DNA of 64,000 bases from Nitrospirales bacterium (GTDB taxonomy: Bacteria; Nitrospirota; Nitrospiria; Nitrospirales; UBA8639), in the NCBI GenBank assembly GCA_965203295.1, contig CBDBCZ010000001.1:1-64000 (forward strand), given 5' to 3'. Under the pieces are notes generated by a model. The model was given only the letters and a program-made list of their open reading frames with translations. It searched no databases and was not told the DNA's origin. A program made the position numbers and the translations under genes. Positions 51,701 to 64,000 of the stretch are shown here, piece by piece. Each line of letters starts with the position of its first letter. Positions within the stretch are counted from its first letter, which is position 1.

Positions 51701-52660
51701 TACAAATCTGAAATCACCTAATCCTTTGTAATCTTGCAATCTAAGTCCATGTACGTCCGTGTTTTGCTGAACATGTGGTCACTAATTTTCCTGCCAATGT
51801 GAAATCGCGGCTTAAAATTTCGTACATTTTGGTAGAAATTTTGACTGAAATCCCAAGATTTCGAAATCTCGTATGAAATTTCAAAGCCCCTCAGAAATAG
51901 ATAAACCATATAGCTACGTAGTACAGTGTGAATCAGTTTATGTAGGGAGTTAAATCAAATTTTGTGATTGGCAACAACTTGAGTACTGGTTACCGCTATT
52001 TAATAAAGCCATAATATTATATGGCTTTAATGTAGAGAATGTTTGATGCATATCTTAGCCACTGTGGCTCCTATTGCTTCTCGTATAAACTGCAATAACC
52101 TTAGGCCAAGCTTGGTTTTCCTCAGTGGCAATTCAAGGGTCACTTCATATTCCAAATAAAGGTCACAGGCAGAAAGGTAGCCTGTATAGTAACACAAGTT
52201 CTAGGAAGCCAGTCTCAGGAAACATTATTACTAACATGTAGATTCACATCCTGTTATGTCTGCAACTAGCTAATTGTTTGAGTGAACAGTCTGTGTTCTG
52301 ATGTCAACATACACAGCTGAAGGAGTAAGGAAACTAATTGTTTGAGGGAACAGTCTGTGTTCTGATGTCAACATACACAGCTGCAGGAGTAAGGAAGCTG
52401 TTGAGTTACCTTTGTAGGTAGTGCTGAAAGAAACTCTGATCACTTTGTTGTTCTGGTTCTTCACAGAACCACTGATCCATAACACACTCCATGCTGACAA
52501 TAACAACACACCTGGAGACAGTGTACATGTGGGATGATCATCCCATGCTCACAATGGTGTGGGATGGTGTGGGATGATCATACGATGCTTTGTGACCATC
52601 ATCTGAGAGAGGTTTTAGCAGAAGCAGGGTAAACATCTGGTGGTGGATTACCCTCAGATG

Positions 52661-53048
52661 TAGTCTCGGCCCCAGACCCTCCCTGCACTCGCAAAAAAAA
52701 ACGGAAGGAAAGTGCGGAAGAGGGTCTGGTGCAGTTGATACAGAATAATTTGCAGTCCGCGGAATTTCAGAGGGTGGAATCTGATTGGTTGATTGGGAAC
52801 TAATGACGTTTAGAATATTCACGCCTCCCGTTTCTCACGCAGAGCTGTAGATATAGCTTTGCACTGTTTACACTAGTTTTTTAGCACTCACTTAACTTTG
52901 GAACTTCCCGCCTCAATTATCGCACCCACAATAAGCCATACAAGCTACATCCCATGGAGGCCTTCTGTATCAACTGCACCAGACCCTCTTCTGGCATTTT
53001 CCTTCTGTTTTTTTTTATGAGTGCAGGGAGGGTCTGGGACCGAGACTA
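52661..53048. mobile_element. TAG..CTA-ended MITE
   Basis: TAGTCTCGGCCCCAGACCCTCCCTGCACTC ... GAGTGCAGGGAGGGTCTGGGACCGAGACTA; no TSD visible. Confidence 0.7.
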
Positions 53049-53993
53049 GGCAGTTGGCAGAGCTGCTAGCACTATACAAACATCTCCACCAGGAATCCTA
53101 CCCAAGGCCAGGGTTCAAACGTGATCAAGTGGTGGGCTTGCATACACCACAGCTCTGCTACTTTGTACTTAATTGGGTAGTGACTAGTCCTGGAATAATA
53201 TTGTTGTCATATATAGCAGCAGGTCTAATGCAGATGTCTGGGCATGTATATAGGCTACAGGAATATCAGATTAATTTCCTTGGCAACCACTATGTACATG
53301 CTGTATGCAGATCAGCAGGTGCTCAGTCCAGCCAGAAAGTTACCACCTGCCTAAGTTACTAATAGACTATGAACAGCTCCTTTTGTGGGATAATTGGGTT
53401 CTTATTGGAGAGCTCTGATGGGGTAACTAAAGTTAACGATCAGAGCTCTCTAATTAGAACCCACTTTACCATTAGAGCTCTCCAATTACTGGAAAATACC
53501 ACTCCACTTTACCATCAAAGCTCAGGTAAAAAAGAAAAAAACTTTGTTGAGTTAACTTAAACAAGCATAAAATTATGGCTTTCCACACTGGTAACTAGCC
53601 TTGGAAGGTAACCTAGAGTTATTAGCTGAAGTGCTTACTGTTGTAGCTTTCAAAATTGGAGAACTCTTTGGTCTGCCATTGGCAATGCACAGTTTTTGTA
53701 GGACCTCAAATCTGTATCACATTCCATGCTTGCAATAACTGGTGAACACACCTGGAAACGTGCGGGATGACTGTACAGTGCTTTGTGATCATAGTCATCT
53801 AAGAGGGTTTTTAGCAGAAGCAGGGTAAGCATGTGGTGGTGGATTACCCTCAGATGTTGCTTGCGGTACATGTACATACGTACATCAGTGAGATCCATAT
53901 TAGCTTACCACAGTGATTCTAATTATTCAAACAAAATGCATTTCTGCCTTTGAATTCCATGCAGAGAATGCATAATTAACAGTTCCCCCCCAG

Positions 53994-54368
53994 TAGGGGT
54001 GAGCCGATTATGCCGGCATTAAAATGAACATAATAGGTATGCAAAGTAGTGAGCATAACGCTAGCATAATAGGTAGATTCTCGGGAGAAATTAGGTCACT
54101 TAATTAATATGTAGCAGAAACACAGCAAGCTACCAATGTCTTATCGTCAGACCTTGTAGGAGAGTGGTACAATGGCAGCAAACATGCTAGAAATTATGAA
54201 AATATGCATCACCCACGCATACTTGAAGATTTAAAACAGTCCAGATGGTTGGTTTTCGCTACGAGGGTCACATTTAATGAGCATAATTTGAGCATAATAG
54301 GAAGATTTTTGGAGCAGTGCAGCATAGCATAATAAGGGTATTTCTTGAGCATAATAGGCTCAGCCCTA
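53994..54368. mobile_element. hAT-like MITE
   Basis: TAGGGGTGAGCCGATTATGC...GCATAATAGGCTCAGCCCTA; 8-bp TSD CCCCCCAG; the paralogous site near 51420 is empty. Confidence 0.85.
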
Positions 54369-55399
54369 CCCCCCAGGAAATGCGGTATGTTCGAACAATT
54401 ATTTGTTTGAAATAATTGAGTTAGGAGCTCACCAATTATTTTAACAGTGCATGCATGATTGTACTACAAAATTGAGAAGTCATGGTCCACTACTAATATA
54501 ATAAGGTAGATGTCAGAGGTGGAGTGTTTCAGTTTACGAGTGCTCATGCGCGTGCATGCACAAATGTACATGCTAATGTACTGTCTCTAACGGCTTGGCT
54601 ATGATTGTGGTGCTGCAATAATCACTCTTACTAATTTCAGTGCTATAATATTATATGTTTGCGTACAAGCTGCTAAGTCAGTGTTTCAAGTGAAGGGGCC
54701 AAATTTCTGCATTTTAAGGCCTCAGTAAGGAAACAGATATTAACTTTGAGATTCCGGAGAAGATAGCAGTTAGGGGCCAACTGAATAATACGATCGGGCT
54801 AGGATTAGGGTATGTTATGGTCAGGATCAGGCTATAGATATTGCGATCATGTTCTTCAGTTAGCCGCTAGCTACATGTAGTGCTATTAAATGTTGTGCAC
54901 TGCGCCATGCTATCGAGTGGATTGCTTAGTGCCAACATCATGCGCCGAGGTTCGATGTGGGGAAGCGTTTGCACCGCTGGCTACGTACGCACAGCATGCA
55001 GTCGTAATAGGTACCATACCGGGGTATGCAGTGACGTCGGCGTCCAGACGGGCTGGGCACGAGACTAGGCGTCCAGCCGGCCCAATGTCGCCTAGCTTAT
55101 ATGCGTAGCAACAAAGGTCCTCAGGATGTAAGAGTTGAAGAAGAGTGTACTGGTAGCTATTAGCAGCGGTAGATGAGCTAGCTAGCTGTACATAGTCACC
55201 CAAGCCTCACGTGATAATTTCAGCGAGAAGCTTAAGCATGCGCGCGCAGTAGGCGCCGCGCGCGCCAGCGGCGCCGGCGCGGCGAGTAGGCGCGCTTAGA
55301 GTATATAGCGATTGAAAAATGACGTAATCAAGTTGTATAAAAGACTCAACTGTGTGCAAATCCGCAGTTCTTGCGTTTCAGAGAACTTGAGCGGAGACG

Positions 55400-55873
55400 A
55401 TGCAGAACGTGCAGGAGTACGTGAGCCTGGTGCGGTACACCAGCGATGTTGCAGTCGGGGGTCCAGGTGGAAACCCCTACAGCCTCATGGCAACTTGGCC
55501 TAAGGTGGCTAAGCAAATCACGTTCTACCGAGATGAAAAGCGAATGCGGGGTGTTGCCTTCGAAAGATACGATTCGTCTATTTTGAAACTTGGCACCTTT
55601 ACTGACCAAAATCCTGTTACTATCACCCTTGATGAAGATGAAAAGCTGACGAAAGTTTTACTGTACTCCAGTAATTTTGGAAATGGTCGTTTCGCTGGTT
55701 TGAAGCTCGAAACCAACAAGAAGACTGCGGAGGCTTTTGCTTGCAACTACTGTCCCTGCGCAGGCGACGAGGTCAACGTTCCCGTTGGCAACGGTAAATG
55801 GAACGGAATCTTCGGGAAAGCAGGAGGTGATATCGATTCCTTCGGGATTGCGATGCTCACCGGCAACATCTAA
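55400..55873 (+). CDS. Intronless jacalin-like (beta-prism I) lectin, 157 aa
   Basis: VGGPGGNPY...LDEDEKLTKVLLY...GRFAGLKLETNK...VPVGNG..NGIFGKAGGDIDSFG fits the GG.GG and G.G.DID sugar-binding loops. TATATA at ~55303; no signal peptide. Confidence 0.8.
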   Translation: MQNVQEYVSLVRYTSDVAVGGPGGNPYSLMATWPKVAKQITFYRDEKRMRGVAFERYDSSILKLGTFTDQNPVTITLDEDEKLTKVLLYSSNFGNGRFAGLKLETNKKTAEAFACNYCPCAGDEVNVPVGNGKWNGIFGKAGGDIDSFGIAMLTGNI

Positions 55874-56995
55874 CTAACCGTCTGTGAACTGACCTTGATG
55901 ACTGATTGAACTGGTTGAATTAGTATAGTTAGTTAGTACATGTGTATATAGTGGACTTTATTGCTGCCATTGATATCGCATTGTAGATACTGTCGTTGCA
56001 ATTGATTTGCCTGCTTTTTTTTTGAATCAAGGCGACACATTCAATAATGGCTGCCAACCGGTTAAATGAAAAGCACTGATGTGCCGAACCCTCGGCACAG
56101 CTAACTGGAAGATTTTTGACTCATTCAATGATGAATTTAGTCCTTGATCTAACTCAATAATGACCTGTTGAGACAGCAAAATTACATAATATACAATGTA
56201 AAACTAGTCAGGTATATAGTCTCGCGATTGGCCTGCGAGACTATCAGGTATACAAAGCCATGCAAAAACGATTGCCATCCAGGCGAAGATTCTCTGTCTA
56301 CAATTAACATTTCCAAAAGATTAGCTAAAAATTGGCTTAATAGTGGAGAACATATTGAAATTATTATAATGAATATATACTGGTTGCATGCTGACGAGTT
56401 TAACAATAAAGGCGAATGATTTTCAAGCTTATTCACTGGTTCACAAGTGCGCATGCGCGTGCATGCTCACGCTAACGTACTGTCTCTAACCGCTTGTGAT
56501 AATTATAGTGAAAATTATAAAGGAAGCATGAGTGCCAGACATATATCATACTGAAACACTAATCAAGTGCACACGGTAGAAATATTTTCACCCTAGGAGC
56601 AGACCTGCTCACAATGTCAGAGGCATGCATGCCATAATTATGCCATGAGTATTTCATACAGCCATGGATAACTAATAGACATTCATGCGTGCCATGAAAT
56701 CTGAGCTGGATACCTAGAGCACCATGCAGGTCCTGTGAGGCATGCACAAAATTTGCCTTATAACCTGTTCTGTGGTATGTTTATAAGTACTATACGAGAC
56801 CTCTTGAGGTACCGAGACAATAAATCAATATTTTGCTATCTTATTAAGTTGTTTCCCTGGCTTATATGACAGCCCCCATAACTGGGTGAAGTGGGTTGTC
56901 TTGAGAGGTGGACATGTGTGATTTTCCTGCATGCACATCCCTACATCTATAACAATAGCTTCATTGCTGACCACTTTAGACAAGCACTACAACTA

Positions 56996-57184
56996 CACTG
57001 GAACCTCTCTTATAGGTCACCCTTGAAATAAAAAAAAACTTCTGTATTAGGGACACTTTGCTGCAGCTGTGTCCCAAATATGCTTTCTTAATAGAAATTT
57101 ACCCCTGAAATGAGGACACATCTCTATACAGGACACTTTACCAGGTCCTCAAGGTGTCCACAACAGAGGGCTGACGTTCCACTG
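56996..57184. mobile_element. Tigger/pogo-like MITE, diverged, same family as 24904-25062
   Basis: Shared GTCCCAAATATGCTTTCTTAAT..AAATTTACCCCTGAAA.GAGGACAC core. Confidence 0.7.
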
Positions 57185-57491
57185 TTTAATCATAAACCAA
57201 CTTCATTTCCTGTACTGTCCATGGCCTACATTTAGTTACAATCACCTATATATCGCTATGCCAACATATCCCAATTCCATACGTACCACATTTCATTTCG
57301 CCGGCATTTAAACCTATGTTTATTCAGCACTTAAATCATTATAGCAGCAGTTTTACATTCAACAACAATACTAATGCACAATCATAGTGTACTGCGTTCT
57401 ACACTCAGACAACTAAATCCCATACATTATCAGCAGTCACTGTGACCACTTACATACAATAACAATTATCCGTATCACCAACTACAGTTAC

Positions 57492-63134
<5,643 letters not shown>

Positions 63135-64000
63135 CTGGAGAGAAGTATACTATTTCACAAATACTCGTATGCATCTGCAATATTAATGGGTTTGTGATAC
63201 AGAGATCTCCAATCAAATGTGAGAGACCTGTGCTTTAGAGTACTTAAAAGCTGATGTCTAGACTGAAATGCTGTTACGTAAAGTACGTTGTAGTAGTGTG
63301 CATGTTTGTTTGAAGCTTTCTTAGCTGCAGATCAAGACCATGGCATTCTCTCATGTGCGTCAGGGATAGAAGGGTGGAAGGCAGATCAATTACAGTTCGC
63401 AGAAAACAATGATGGCCTATTTCTACTTCCTTACTTGTCCTAGTGCCAGTGAAAAGGAGAAAATTATTGCTATCATTCAATGTTGTTTTAGCCTATTTGG
63501 GCCTCATTAGTTAGATGGAATTATATAAAGCTCAAGCTTACATGTTATATCTATTGTACTTGTACAAGGCATACAAAGTTTTTGCAGACATTCTGTGGGT
63601 TTTCAGTACTGGAACCCAAAACACTAGACAGTACAGATCGCACACAGATTGCAAGCAGCCTCAGTCCTTTATCATCTGTTATATTCTGAGATCAATGGAT
63701 CTACATGGGCCGTGCATTACCAAGGGCCCTGCATTACAGTGTCCCGAGTGAAGCCCATGTGCTACAAATGGTTGAAGGGTTTCTAAATGGTGTATAGCTC
63801 CCATTGGTTGAGTTGGTTAACTCAGTTTGAGTATAGCGTAGCAATCCAGTCTAGAGCATCAATGGCACACTTCTCCATTGTAGTTCTGTTGATAAGCTGA
63901 TCTTTAGCTCTACACAGTTAGAACAATAAGCACTTGCTAAAAAGTATGGGTACAAACTAAGCGTATGTTATATGGGGCTTATAGCGGCAAGAAGGCCCGA

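Larger units (their letters stand above)
50735..54400. repeat. Diverged ~700-bp local duplication (50735-51450 and 53385-54400) with a partial third copy at ~52505-52660
   Basis: Shared GGATAATTG.GTTCTTATTGGAGA..TCTGATGGGGTAACTAAAG...GCAGGGTAAGCAT.TGGTGGTGGATT...CCATATTAGCTTACCA. Confidence 0.85.

Noticed and set aside
63274..63500. Signal-peptide-like MIAIIFSFSLALGQ upstream of the Ig exons
   Set aside because: Its GTAAGG donor is phase 0 but the next Ig exon needs phase 1.

Overview
This is intron-rich animal DNA, not prokaryotic. The receptor architectures and MITE types suggest an early-branching metazoan such as a demosponge, but that is inference. Two minus-strand host genes flank a dense nest of transposons. 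The left gene (11968 to <3238) has a signal peptide, 3 EGF, 4 near-identical tandem-duplicated Sushi/CCP exons, a 96-nt GC-AG exon and FN3, with two CACTA/CMC-type elements in its introns. The right gene (>63134 to 57492) is a type-I receptor with at least 5 Ig, 2 FN3, a TM helix and a short tail with YEEI/YELM/YEMV motifs. Between them is a decayed Gypsy LTR element (12790-37973, TSD CACC, tRNA-Pro PBS) whose 5' LTR is split by an apparently intact 18.5-kb CACTG-ended EnSpm/CMC transposon (12910-31365, TSD TA). That transposon carries a 12-exon transposase, a divergent 12-exon SAM-domain gene, a candidate third micro-exon gene, a ~6.3-kb 180-bp satellite and two tRNA-Thr-derived repeats. Further right are a TIR element encoding a SIM-Ulp1 protease-PHD protein, a second Gypsy remnant, stacked MITEs, a CRE-like LINE 3' fragment and an intronless jacalin-like lectin gene between short direct repeats. 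Exon models were read by hand from splice signals and frame continuity; no database searches were run.
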